From a virus (Duplodnaviria > Caudoviricetes): DNA of 64,000 nt. The position numbers and the translations under genes were made by a program. A model generated the notes under the pieces. The model did no database searches, was not told the DNA's origin, and saw only the letters and a program-made list of their open reading frames with translations. Positions within the stretch are counted from its first letter, which is position 1; each line of letters starts with the position of its first letter. Below, one piece after another: positions 8,841-18,557 of the stretch. The stretch is taken from IMG/VR virus record IMGVR_UViG_3300031853_000013, positions 1 to 64,000 of that record. The stretch is one strand, 5' to 3'.

Positions 8841-10000
8841 TCATATATGATTATAGTAGTAATATTCTCTTAGTAGAAGCTTGGTATCCATACTCTCGGC
8901 TAGCTTTGATAGTCTTTTATACTCATCCCACAATTGACGATATTCGATGAAGCTATTATCATGGTAAGGATCACAATGATAGCCTACTCCTGGAATATAC
9001 TTATAATCCGGACGCTCTTTCTCAAGTTCTTTTATACGAACCCATATACCTAACATAGTCAATATGATATCGTCAAGCGTCATATTTTTCTCACTCATTC
9101 TTCCAGCTCCTTTAAATATAAATAGGCAGTTTTTTTCGGCATGCCCTTAATATTATCGTTCGGGTACTCATATTGGACACTAAAGTCTTTTACTGCCTTG
9201 ACCATAAACAAGCGATGGACTAACTCCGCGATTATTTCTGGCGAGAATTCTGATATAGGTGTGTTAGGTCTAATTCTATTATACTTCTTTGTTTCCAATT
9301 GCCAGATAAAAACATCAATCTTAGGAAAATTTTCTTTTCCATAATCCAATATGATTGTATTAGCCGTAGCAATCTCGATCTCATTCGCCGTCATCATCTA
9401 CCACCACTATCTCGGCCAGCATCCACGATACAAAGTTTATCTGCCGTTCTATCTTATCGATAGCCTGGCGATAACGATTCATAACCGTATCGTAGTTTTC
9501 GGGTACTTTAGTTGACTCCAGACCTATTGATTCTAGTTTCTTAAGCGTTTCGACGGCCTCTTTGTAGTCATCGATAGCTTGGCGGAAAACGTCAAGAAGC
9601 GCTATGTATTCTTTTCTAGGATACTTAATTCCGATTTGCATTCCTTTAGGAAATACAGATTGACAACATGCTGGTTGTTGGTGTGGCGATAAATTAGGCT
9701 TATCAGACCGTCCACCAATAGGCTCCCAAGCGTCGCCTTCATCATTTAAGAGATGTCCTTCAGTCAGTCCCATTAGTTTTCCTCCTTTAATCTAAGTACA
9801 CAAGATAGAACTTTTTGATAGCATTTATTACACAGACCCATGTCGACATCCTTCCGAACCATTGTCTGATCTTCTGTCAGCGAATATTCACAATTATTCA
9901 GCACGACGCCGTGAAATATAAAAGCGTCGAGACCTATCATCTTGCCTCCACAGCCGTCGCAGATATTAACCGGTATATTATTCTCGAATGTTATTTGCAT
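8841..10000 (-). CDS. Four translationally coupled hypothetical genes (8841-9098, 9095-9397, 9381-9773, 9773-10000)
   Basis: Overlapping start/stop codons with internal RBSs; 9773-10000 has two CxxC pairs. Confidence 0.65.
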
Positions 10001-10524
10001 TCCTCTTCCTCCTTATTAGTAAGCTCGTCTTGACTTTCACTGTCGTCTACTTCACCGCACTTATGCTTACCAAGATCGAATCTCACAGCCTTAATCCTGT
10101 CGATCGGAATATCCTCATCGATCCACCATGCCTCTCCGAATTTGTTATGATGATCCGGGAGTTTGTAAGCCGGTCCTCCTTCGATCTCGTAAATAACCGT
10201 TCGACCCGTATGAATGCACCAGGCCATTGCCGCTTGCAGGGTTGTGAATCCTCGCACTGGCTTTAGGATGGCACCGGTCTCATGATACTTCTTAGCTTTC
10301 TTAGGCGTAGTACAGTGCCAAAGAACAGCTTTGTGAAGATGATCATTTACGCCGAAATATATCTTTAAGTAAGACGAGATCACGTCCAAATCATACGACG
10401 AATATCCCATGTTATGTTCTCCGTCCTCGTCTCCATATATAATCGAGTAATACGGTTTAATTTTACCGCTCGCGTGGTCAAACGACTCCTTGACCTCTAG
10501 TCGAATGAACTTCTCTTTACTCAT
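9991..10524 (-). CDS. Two-domain protein; C-terminal domain possibly ADP-ribosyltransferase-like fold
   Basis: LWHCTT...GAIL...FTT...AMAW...VIYEI pattern; N-terminal domain paralogous to 10517-10741. Confidence 0.4.
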   Translation of the reverse strand: MSKEKFIRLEVKESFDHASGKIKPYYSIIYGDEDGEHNMGYSSYDLDVISSYLKIYFGVNDHLHKAVLWHCTTPKKAKKYHETGAILKPVRGFTTLQAAMAWCIHTGRTVIYEIEGGPAYKLPDHHNKFGEAWWIDEDIPIDRIKAVRFDLGKHKCGEVDDSESQDELTNKEEEECK

Positions 10525-10741
10525 TTTCCTCTTCCTCCTTTACACTTCTAATGCCGAAATGGTCGATTAGCGCTTTGGAAATATAACCAAGATCAGACGA
10601 ATAAAATCCGCTCTGGCGCTCGCCGTTCTCATCCTCATATTCGATGCGGTATTGTGGGGTTCTTATAGCATACGTACCATCCCTTGACGTTGTGTACTCA
10701 TATCCCACACCGATCTTTATGAATTTAAGTTCTTTGTTCAT
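10517..10741 (-). CDS. Hypothetical; paralog of the N-terminal domain of 9991-10524
   Basis: YRIEYEDENGERQSGFYSSDLGYIS vs YSIIYGDEDGEHNMGYSSYDLDVIS. Confidence 0.7.
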   Translation of the reverse strand: MNKELKFIKIGVGYEYTTSRDGTYAIRTPQYRIEYEDENGERQSGFYSSDLGYISKALIDHFGIRSVKEEEENE

Positions 10742-11291
10742 TACTAACAGCCTCCTTTAATTTATTAAATGCTTCCATCGTTTCCTTGAAGTTCTGATCA
10801 CGATACTCAGGTACCCACCGTTCTGAATCTGCCCAGAAAGACAGACGTATTACAAGTCTCTGTCTTATCTCATATGAACCATATTGACTCATAATAAGCC
10901 GGGCCATATCCATTTGATCTTTACTAGGATTTACCAAATGCATATTGCCAAAATGATAATGCTGATCCCTGATTCGAAAATCGTGCTCTACGATAAACTC
11001 GGGAATGTCATTTATGATTTCTATCAACTTATCATAATCAAACCATCCGAACATAATGTATCCTTTAGTAAAGAAATCCTGTTCATGTCCAGAGCAAGAA
11101 TATAAAGTATTATACCCAGCATCGTTAAGCGCCTGGATACAATCTGAGATCATATTGTCGACCTCTACTTCATCGTTACCTATCTTTACTACAGATTGCT
11201 TTCTTGTCGGATCAGCCGCCCGCTTCTCTAAGAGCTTTTTGTAGCCCATATCGAGTTCCTCCATTTTCTTCCTACGCTCCTCAATAGTCAT
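10725..11291 (-). CDS. Hypothetical with TYW3-like LNxxGxxTxxSCSGH motif
   Basis: IQALNDAGYNTLYSCSGH; start moved to the ATG after GGAGG. Confidence 0.45.
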   Translation of the reverse strand: MTIEERRKKMEELDMGYKKLLEKRAADPTRKQSVVKIGNDEVEVDNMISDCIQALNDAGYNTLYSCSGHEQDFFTKGYIMFGWFDYDKLIEIINDIPEFIVEHDFRIRDQHYHFGNMHLVNPSKDQMDMARLIMSQYGSYEIRQRLVIRLSFWADSERWVPEYRDQNFKETMEAFNKLKEAVSNEQRT

Positions 11292-11340
11292 ACTAATTAC
11301 CTCCAAATTCTAAAATATAAAAGACCAAACAAGAAAAAAA

Positions 11341-11517
11341 AGAAATGATTGGTAGGATTCAACTCACCTACAATTTATTGTTTTAGGTCGTGTCCTTTTA
11401 TGTCTTAGATCCATTTCTAGATCACGGTGAACGCCTTTGCATTAGTCTCCTAGAGCGCCGCTACAGCGACTAACCATATCATTTCTGACTTAGGTTTCTA
11501 GGTCTTCAATCATTTCT
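11341..11517 (-). ncRNA. 177-nt structured ncRNA with tRNA-like 3' end
   Basis: 11-bp terminal stem AGAAATGATTG/CAATCATTTCT starting directly after element 6; GTAGG-TGAGTTGAAT-CCTAC arm stacked on it; GNRA hairpin GATCTA-GAAA-TGGATC; followed by U-tract; no RBS-led ORF. Confidence 0.65.
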
Positions 11518-11542
11518 ATTAAGGGGGTTGCAAAAGTTGCGA
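11518..11542 (-). promoter_or_regulatory. TCGCA element 6
   Basis: TCGCA ACTTTTG CA ACCCC CTTAAT. Confidence 0.8.
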
Positions 11543-11601
11543 CAAATTCTAAAACATAAAAGACTAAAGAGCCATGTATAAAACACGACTCTTTAAAGTC
11601 C

Positions 11602-11853
11602 TCATTCAATGGTGATCATATATGTTTCGTAATTCTCACATAAACGGTTACAGTTATCGAGTACCTCGTCTATTGTATATTGTCCCTCCAACTTAGTTCT
11701 CTCAAGTACGTTTCCACGACCGTCCCGATATTCAAATCCTTCTTTATACGTACCATCGGGATTACGTTTAAACATAGCTTGACAGTTGTGTCCATTAGAG
11801 TAATACAATATACGAACGACTCTGGACTCATAAAACCGTTTCATCATTCCCAT
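11602..11853 (-). CDS. Hypothetical cassette protein
   Basis: AAGGAGG directly after element 7; hairpin at about 11566-11594. Confidence 0.75.
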   Translation of the reverse strand: MGMMKRFYESRVVRILYYSNGHNCQAMFKRNPDGTYKEGFEYRDGRGNVLERTKLEGQYTIDEVLDNCNRLCENYETYMITIE

Positions 11854-11869
11854 AATATCACCTCCTTCT

Positions 11870-11894
11870 ATTATGGTCCCTGCCCAGTTTGCGA
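11870..11894 (-). promoter_or_regulatory. TCGCA element 7
   Basis: TCGCA AACTGGG CA GGGAC CATAAT. Confidence 0.8.
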
Positions 11895-11934
11895 AAGACC
11901 AAAGGGGGCTGTAAATAGTCCCCTAAGGTTCAGT

Positions 11935-12108
11935 TTAACCCTCCTTACTCTCATTCGTTACCTTGATCTTTCCTTCAACTGTGTGAAGTCTTACATTACG
12001 TACACCAACGATACTTACGAGTTCGCTGTATTTCGCTTTCACGATAGCGTAACCCTCATTGTCGTTTACATACATGCCGCTTGCCTTCATAACATCGTTC
12101 TTAGTCAT
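11935..12108 (-). CDS. Small hypothetical cassette protein
   Basis: AAGGAG RBS; hairpin at 11901-11924. Confidence 0.65.
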   Translation of the reverse strand: MTKNDVMKASGMYVNDNEGYAIVKAKYSELVSIVGVRNVRLHTVEGKIKVTNESKEG

Positions 12109-12148
12109 AAATAACAACTCCTTTTAAATTTATTTGGGTTTCCCCTTC

Positions 12149-12173
12149 ATTATAGGAGTTGAAAATCATGCGA
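12149..12173 (-). promoter_or_regulatory. TCGCA element 8 (TCGCAT subclass, upstream repeats to about 12239)
   Basis: TCGCA TGATTTT CA ACTCC TATAAT. Confidence 0.8.
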
Positions 12174-12231
12174 AAGAGTTTTTTGGTGTAACCAATATTG
12201 TGAGAGAGCAGAGTTTTAGGTTTAGCTAATA

Positions 12232-12722
12232 TCATACGAACAGCTGTTTAAAAGAACACTCCGGGCACTTAGTATATGCACAATGAGTCGTAGCTACAAA
12301 ATCATTATCAGCATAAATAGTATCCTCTTCATCCTCGTCCGTAAATATAAAATCTTCTGGTCCACTTACATCATACTCACATCTGCAAGCACCACAAGTG
12401 ACCGGGAAGATACCGAAATACTTTCCATTCTTTGTTACTTTCATCTCTTATCCTCCTCAACGCAGTCATATTGCGCAACACCACGACACCAATATAAAAT
12501 TTCAGTACCGGCTTTTGCCCTTTCAACATCGTCAATGCAGCAATCGTATTTGTTTATTTGGCGTTGCAAGCTAGCTACAAATCCGGTCAAATTGCGAACT
12601 GATATCGGTTTACGTACTTCCGGTTCTGCTGACAGGTATTCTTCGCAGCTACGGTATCGTCTCATTGCCGCAAGTGCGTTCTCGTAAAGCTGAGTAATAC
12701 GTTCATCCCTTGTATCTTTCAT
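12232..12722 (-). CDS. Two coupled hypothetical genes (12232-12444 Zn-ribbon; 12441-12722)
   Basis: CxxC...CxxC in the first; overlapping start/stop. Confidence 0.6.
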
Positions 12723-13063
12723 TATTCACCCTCCAATATAGAAGTATACCCAGGACGATTGATTTTAAGCCAGGGTATAATTTCGTCCCATAAATATCTA
12801 TTTGCACCTTTCCATTTCGGCAGTCTATGGGTTGGCATGCCATTTTTTGTCCATTTGTATACCGCACTTCGTGAAACGTATAAACGATCGGCTATTTCTT
12901 CGGCTGTTATGTAATCACCAGTGGCGCGGTATTCTGCTAAAAAGTTTTTAAATGCCGTATGAAAATCTCGCATGGTGTCATCATTTTCTATATCTTTTAA
13001 TGTATATCTAGTCCTGTAATCTGACGTAGTATCACTTTTGTATTTAAAAGTAATCTCCAGCAT
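12722..13063 (-). CDS. HTH (AlpA/excisionase-like) protein
   Basis: YITAEEIADRLYVSRSAVYKWTKNGMP. Confidence 0.7.
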   Translation of the reverse strand: MLEITFKYKSDTTSDYRTRYTLKDIENDDTMRDFHTAFKNFLAEYRATGDYITAEEIADRLYVSRSAVYKWTKNGMPTHRLPKWKGANRYLWDEIIPWLKINRPGYTSILEGE

Positions 13064-13071
13064 TACTTTTA

Positions 13072-13612
13072 TTATCCCTCCTTTAAATCAGTTACAATAG
13101 TAGTATCGAGATCTTGCTTTTTCTTATCGCCGTCTTCGTCAACATAAATAATATATTACCCCTTTTCATCGATTACATAAGTCCAATCAGTATGTTGATC
13201 TCCGTCGCCGTCAGTGTATTCGATTCGATAATTGTACTTGTTGTCAAAATACTTATACGCCAAGGTCACTGCACCCCCAAAGCAATGAAAATGCTAATAC
13301 CACAACCAGCACGATCACTATAATATCATTAAGCTCTTCATGATATATTGCAAAGTCTTCTATCTTATCTTTTATTGGCTCTATAATTCTAACGAGAGGA
13401 TCGTCATATTCCTCGTGATGTATTCCTGTTTCGCAATACGGACAAGTCCAATAAAATTTAGTAACGTGGTGATTATCAGAATCTATATCATTTTTATAGT
13501 TTTGTATGTCGTCTTTGTCTAAAATGACTTTACATCCACATTTAGAGCATTTACATGTCCATCTCTTGGCGGACTCGAGCTTTTTTGCATTGCCATACTT
13601 TAAGATGATCAT
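13072..13612 (-). pseudogene. Zn-ribbon/TM gene apparently broken by a G-run frameshift and an in-frame TAA
   Basis: Removing one G at 13274-13278 extends the TM helix (LLWGAVTLAYKYFDNKY...DEKG*YIIYVDEDGDK...EG stop 13072). Confidence 0.5.
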
Positions 13613-14170
13613 TTACGCCACTCCTTTACAAAATCCTTATACTCAGGGAAATTGACCTGTAATCCCTCAATATCAATACCGTAATCTTTTTCCATTCCCT
13701 CCATGAGATCTTTACATCTACACTCCTTACCAAGAATATCACGCCTTTTCAACACTCGACGAAATTCCTCATGCACTTTGATAATATCGTCATGACTTAT
13801 GCCACATAATTCCATGGCATACAAGGTCATGCACTCTCCTTGTGCAACATACACAGGAGCACATTCCTTTAATGCGTCGTATATTACTGATTCGTCATGA
13901 TCTCTTACTCGTTTAGCGATCGTTCGCATATGTCTTGTCCGCCTCCTTTTCGAGCTCCTTAACTCGGTTCTCTAATGCATAAATATGTTTCCAGATATTC
14001 GTTACATCCATCTTGGATCGTTCAAAGCGTACAGTTGCGGCTACAATGTCATCAATGATATGATAAACTCTATACTTCATGTCTGGGTCTAAACTATTAA
14101 GTCTAGCTTTCTCACGTACGTCCATGTTGTCAAACCAGTTGTATTCTCCAGGAATTGCTATACTACTCAT
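13609..14170 (-). CDS. Two coupled hypothetical genes (13609-13929, 13913-14170)
   Basis: GGAGG RBSs; overlapping ends. Confidence 0.65.
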
Positions 14171-14228
14171 AATTTACCTCCATCAAAATATAAAAAGAAA
14201 AAGAGAGGCGAAGTGCCCCTCACGAACA

Positions 14229-14621
14229 TTACATCCACAGATCCGGTTGCTTCCAATCAGGTACAACGATCCCACTGACAATATATGCCGCAGTAAGCTC
14301 ATACTCGTCAGCGTAGTCCCTTCCGCCAATAGCCACCATCGTAGTATTCGTGCTGTAATCAGTCACATAATACACGATCTGCTTGACGAAAGGACCACAC
14401 TTCGGATGAGCAAACTTGGCATAAGCCTTGCCATCATTTCTCGTGATACCTTTCACAATTTGATCTGAGACGAAGTTCTTGGTCTCTTCGCTCTCTACAT
14501 CTAATACACATACTTCTTTAGTTTCCTTGATTTCTTCCGCTTCTACCTCACATGGCTGTACCATAGCTACAAATGCCATAATACCAACCAGCATACCTGT
14601 AAAAGTCTTTTTCATATTCAA
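14229..14621 (-). CDS. Secreted/signal-peptide cassette protein
   Basis: MKK plus hydrophobic core and VEA cleavage-like site. Confidence 0.7.
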   Translation of the reverse strand: MNMKKTFTGMLVGIMAFVAMVQPCEVEAEEIKETKEVCVLDVESEETKNFVSDQIVKGITRNDGKAYAKFAHPKCGPFVKQIVYYVTDYSTNTTMVAIGGRDYADEYELTAAYIVSGIVVPDWKQPDLWM

Positions 14622-14664
14622 TTCCTCCTTTTAATATGCGCGGACAGTTCTCTACTGCCCTTCT

Positions 14665-14689
14665 ATTAAGAGGATTGAAAAAGATGCGA
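14665..14689 (-). promoter_or_regulatory. TCGCA element 9 (TCGCAT subclass; second ATGCGA at 14718)
   Basis: TCGCA TCTTTTT CA ATCCT CTTAAT. Confidence 0.8.
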
Positions 14690-14746
14690 AAGCAGGGTTT
14701 TAGGTTTAGCTAACAGTATGCGAAAGCAGATTTTTAGGTCAAACCG

Positions 14747-15376
14747 TTAATCGAGCAGCTCTACAGAATCAGCTCTACCAGATGTGAACTTACCATAAGT
14801 CACCTTTACGCAATCGCTAGGTTTAAGCAGATTCCATGCTGTCTGATTTACCGAGAATGTCTTAAGCTCACCAGTGCCATGAACCTTGATAGTGATCTCA
14901 TAATTTTCGGTCTTTCTACCAACACGCTCAGAACCTTCTTGTAGATCGTTGACTTCAGGCCAATGCGGTGCCTCCCCTGCACGATTAATAGTCTCGGTGT
15001 TATTAGCAACCTTGACCCTATTATCCTTCCATTCGTCGATCTCATAGTAATACTTTGTAGCGTATCTTGACTCTTCGCGATAGCATGTCTTACCATTCTG
15101 ATCAACACCACTAGGAACTCGCTCGGTGCTCTTGTATTCCCATCTAGTGTCATATACTCTTCCACCTTTAGGAACTGTCCAACCAGACTTCTTGACAGTC
15201 TCGAGCTTCTGAATATAAATGTGACGATCCCAAGACTTAAGCATGATTTCGCCATCGATTTCAACAGGTTTAATACCGTCAACAAAGAAGCTACCGGCAC
15301 CGATGAGCCCCACTGCTCCTACGATAATAGCAAGACCCTTCTTCCAGTTATTAGCGATGAATTCCTTTACGTCCAT
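14747..15376 (-). CDS. Membrane-anchored hypothetical protein
   Basis: N-terminal TM helix; AGGAGG RBS. Confidence 0.75.
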   Translation of the reverse strand: MDVKEFIANNWKKGLAIIVGAVGLIGAGSFFVDGIKPVEIDGEIMLKSWDRHIYIQKLETVKKSGWTVPKGGRVYDTRWEYKSTERVPSGVDQNGKTCYREESRYATKYYYEIDEWKDNRVKVANNTETINRAGEAPHWPEVNDLQEGSERVGRKTENYEITIKVHGTGELKTFSVNQTAWNLLKPSDCVKVTYGKFTSGRADSVELLD

Positions 15377-15399
15377 AATAGTTACCTCCTAAATATAAA

Positions 15400-15808
15400 T
15401 TACTTATCGTCAGGTGTATCCAAACCGTTCTCTTTTCTTACAAGCATAATGAAGTCACAAAGCTCAGCAGCTTTCATACTGCTATGAGCATCACTCCTAG
15501 TGGGCATAAGATAGCCGCCCATCTTAAATCCTTCCACCAGGCCCTTGAAATACTCTTTTCTCTCAGTCTCACTAAGCTTTTCAGCATGCTCAATAATCTT
15601 ATCAGTCCACAGCATTATTATTTTCCTCCTTTAATTCCATGAGAAGATCATTTAACTTATTGATAAGACTCTCAGCTTTTGCATTAGTCTTAACTTTCTT
15701 AAGTTCTAACCGATCAATCTCCTCATCTATCTTTCTTAACTGCTTTTGTGTCCGCTCAAGCTCCTCGGAGTGCGATATAATGATGTCGATGAGGTCTTGG
15801 CTTTCCAT
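15400..15808 (-). CDS. Two small genes (15400-15615; 15602-15808 coiled coil)
   Basis: RBSs and coupling. Confidence 0.6.
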
Positions 15809-15829
15809 AATTTGTCTCCTTTCAAAATA

Positions 15830-16378
15830 TCAATCAACAAAACCGATACGCAGATTCTCGTCTAGCCACCAGTTCAGCTGAGTCCATAGTGGGATCATAC
15901 GAATATCGTCGTTAGGATGGTTTCGAATAGTGAACAACCCACCAACGCCGTTCTTCTTATAGTCACGATTAATAATAGCACTGCATTTGTCGTCAACAAA
16001 CCGATCCCAATGATGATTCCAATTACTATCAGTAGCATGGCTAAGGCCCATATTATCGATAAAACACCAGAACCAATCGATACTACGATCTCCATACCTC
16101 TCCTCGTACATAATCTCGTCATCAAATCTAGCAGCCATCGCGATTAGCACTTCTAGAAAAGAACATTTCCTTGACTTGCTGACTTTGTATTTTGGATGCT
16201 GAGCGTTAAACTCCGCCCGTAGTTTCAAACCGTCTACTACCCGGGAATAATCACGATCCGATTTATCAATATAAAAAGGCCTATTATATAACTTTTTTAA
16301 AAGTTCATCATAATATACCCCCTTGACTCGGTCATACAACCATTCAAAATACACATCTCTAGTTTCTTCCATTTCCAT
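15830..16378 (-). CDS. Phage hypothetical protein
   Basis: YFEWL...DGLKLR...LEVLIAMA...GGLF pattern, recalled from phages with this replicase. Confidence 0.7.
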   Translation of the reverse strand: MEMEETRDVYFEWLYDRVKGVYYDELLKKLYNRPFYIDKSDRDYSRVVDGLKLRAEFNAQHPKYKVSKSRKCSFLEVLIAMAARFDDEIMYEERYGDRSIDWFWCFIDNMGLSHATDSNWNHHWDRFVDDKCSAIINRDYKKNGVGGLFTIRNHPNDDIRMIPLWTQLNWWLDENLRIGFVD

Positions 16379-16465
16379 GCATTTAATTCCTTTCTGTTAA
16401 AATATAAAAGACGAAAGAGCCATGCATAACACACGACTCTTTTGTCCTAGTTGATCATGCCATAT

Positions 16466-16777
16466 TCAAATCGATTTTGTTCCATCAGATCGCAGTATGA
16501 TTACCGGATTATAGATTTCGATCTCTGTGATTCGATCCTCAATCTTCTCCGTGTACTCATCTATCAGTCTACCGAGCCTCCTGATTTTCCTATCGTATCT
16601 TTTCCTAAAAATATTCCTAAAGATACTTTCATAGGCTTTACCCAGTTCCTCACGATACTGATCTCTGAGCGACACGTACAAAGACAGCGTTGGATCTACA
16701 TACCACATCACTCTCTTCCGGTCCTCATAAGGCACCTGTTGTTTCATTTTCATGTAATCGATCTCGTCCATTGGCAT
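16466..16777 (-). CDS. Hypothetical cassette protein
   Basis: AAAGGAG 2 nt after element 10; hairpin at about 16414-16443. Confidence 0.7.
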   Translation of the reverse strand: MPMDEIDYMKMKQQVPYEDRKRVMWYVDPTLSLYVSLRDQYREELGKAYESIFRNIFRKRYDRKIRRLGRLIDEYTEKIEDRITEIEIYNPVIILRSDGTKSI

Positions 16778-16794
16778 AAGATCATCTCCTTTCT

Positions 16795-16819
16795 ATTAAG
16801 GAGACTGCTTCGTTTGCGA
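16795..16819 (-). promoter_or_regulatory. TCGCA element 10
   Basis: TCGCA AACGAAG CA GTCTC CTTAAT. Confidence 0.8.
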
Positions 16820-16908
16820 ATCTATTAACATATTCTATACTATTACAAATTCATAAATATAAAAGAGGACCTGCCACTAATAAAGCGACAAGCCCTCTTA
16901 TATCATGC

Positions 16909-17523
16909 TTAGCTCAAGCCGGGAGGAGTACAGTCAATGTGATACAGCTCCTTATAATAGTCGTTGCGAATATAAATCTCGTCGACTTCTCCAGTGTCCA
17001 GCGGTTCGATGTTAGCAAGTCCCATCTGGTGATCTACATTCTCTACGATTTCACCATCAATGTCACGAAGGTCTCCTTCCGGATCATAGCAGAATTCGAG
17101 CTGGTTATAGTCATCGGGATTTTCGTAGAACTCATCTTCGGTGATACGATATGGTCTAAACTGGTCAGCCATGTTTACCAATCCTCCTGTGTTAGTGTTG
17201 TTTGGTTTAGACAAAGACGAATAGTTTGTTTTAGTGTTCGGATTATCGTTTCTTGTAATGTTGTGGTTGCTGCTCTTTCGGATACCTTCCTGCATCTCCT
17301 TGACCTTCTCTACGACTTCAGAAGGAATCTCCTTATCAGGTTCATCATTTTTCACCTCCTTTGCTGATTCCTGCTTCTTTTCCTCCTCGATCTGTGCCTT
17401 GTACTCTTCAAGCTCCTCTTCAAAAGCCTCACCATATCTCTTATCGAGAATAAAGTAAGTCACTCCACCGCCTACGAGGGCTCCGAATACGAAGCCGAGA
17501 ATTGCCTTTACTGTGCTATTCAT
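16909..17523 (-). CDS. N-terminally anchored acidic phage protein
   Basis: TM GFVFGALVGGGVTYF; acidic C-terminal domain. Confidence 0.75.
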   Translation of the reverse strand: MNSTVKAILGFVFGALVGGGVTYFILDKRYGEAFEEELEEYKAQIEEEKKQESAKEVKNDEPDKEIPSEVVEKVKEMQEGIRKSSNHNITRNDNPNTKTNYSSLSKPNNTNTGGLVNMADQFRPYRITEDEFYENPDDYNQLEFCYDPEGDLRDIDGEIVENVDHQMGLANIEPLDTGEVDEIYIRNDYYKELYHIDCTPPGLS

Positions 17524-17750
17524 TATAAATTACCTCCCATAGATTTAATCGATTTAGCCTTTAATTCACGAAGCAAGTCCTCCAATGCCTCGCGACCTTT
17601 ACGTTCAGTATAGCCATATTGTTCGTTGGTAGCGTTAGTCTTGCCGCTACGCATACATCGATAACAAATAATACTATCCGATGGCACAATATTACCGCAG
17701 AAATGACAGAAACTATACCGTAAAGTTGTAATAAACTTTTCCTCAGTCAT
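17523..17750 (-). CDS. Small Zn-ribbon protein
   Basis: CHFC...CYRC. Confidence 0.55.
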   Translation of the reverse strand: MTEEKFITTLRYSFCHFCGNIVPSDSIICYRCMRSGKTNATNEQYGYTERKGREALEDLLRELKAKSIKSMGGNL

Positions 17751-17794
17751 ACTGCATATGCTCCTTTCAAAATACAAAAGACGAAAGGGACCTG

Positions 17795-18043
17795 TTAAAG
17801 TCCCTCATCGTCATGAGTCTCTTCTCCGAACATATCGAGGAAGAGATACCTAGTGATAGCTTGGATCACCGACAGTGCGAACAACAGCGCTCCAAAGTAC
17901 AGTGCGATAGTCCCAATATGGTTGTCAATCTTTATTGCTAATGGTGATAATGCCATCAGAAAGATTCCACCGATTCTATTTGGTCCTTCGCTAGCTAACA
18001 CGTAGCGCATGATGTTCCACGCCTTCTGTTCACCTTTACTCAT
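17795..18043 (-). CDS. Small two-TM membrane cassette protein
   Basis: Two hydrophobic helices; stop lies inside hairpin 17784-17805. Confidence 0.7.
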   Translation of the reverse strand: MSKGEQKAWNIMRYVLASEGPNRIGGIFLMALSPLAIKIDNHIGTIALYFGALLFALSVIQAITRYLFLDMFGEETHDDEGL

Positions 18044-18084
18044 ACTAATCTCTCCTTTAAAAATATATTCGGGTTTATCACCCT

Positions 18085-18109
18085 ATAAAGAGAGGTGAAA
18101 AACATGCGA
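18085..18109 (-). promoter_or_regulatory. TCGCA element 11
   Basis: TCGCA TGTTTTT CA CCTCT CTTTAT. Confidence 0.8.
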
Positions 18110-18112
18110 GAC

Positions 18113-18535
18113 TTACTCAGCACTAAGAATATCAAGCTCCTTCTGGAGTTCCTCGAGAGACTTAGACATCAGTGTGTCGTCTTCCTTCTGAGCCATAATA
18201 TCCATGATTTTCTGCATCTTCTGCCGCTTCTCAAGCTGCTTCTGGGCCTTATCGCAAGCATCCTTCTTATCATTGAAGATCTCCTTGACAATATCCATAG
18301 AAACTTTAAGACGCTGAGCCTCTTCCGAGTTTATCTTATCTGTCTCAATGAGAGACTCGCAGTCATCGCCCACAATTCTGTAGTAAGCGCAGCCGAGATT
18401 CTTGTAGATAATATCAAGATCCTCCAGTCTCAACTTGAACAGATCCTCAACCGTGATGTTACCGCGGAAAGGAAACCGCAGTGCATTCTGTGCAGCATAC
18501 TTGAAAATATCCATCTTTTCAGTCTTCTTAGTCAT
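18113..18535 (-). CDS. Coiled-coil phage protein
   Basis: LRFPFRGNITVEDLF motif; helical C-terminus. Confidence 0.7.
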   Translation of the reverse strand: MTKKTEKMDIFKYAAQNALRFPFRGNITVEDLFKLRLEDLDIIYKNLGCAYYRIVGDDCESLIETDKINSEEAQRLKVSMDIVKEIFNDKKDACDKAQKQLEKRQKMQKIMDIMAQKEDDTLMSKSLEELQKELDILSAE

Positions 18536-18557
18536 TTTTCATTACCTCCATTAATAT

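Noticed and set aside
11341-11517. tmRNA
   Set aside because: Too short; no GGGG 5' end, G3-U70 pair or CCA; the internal MIWLVAVAAL frame is not a convincing tag
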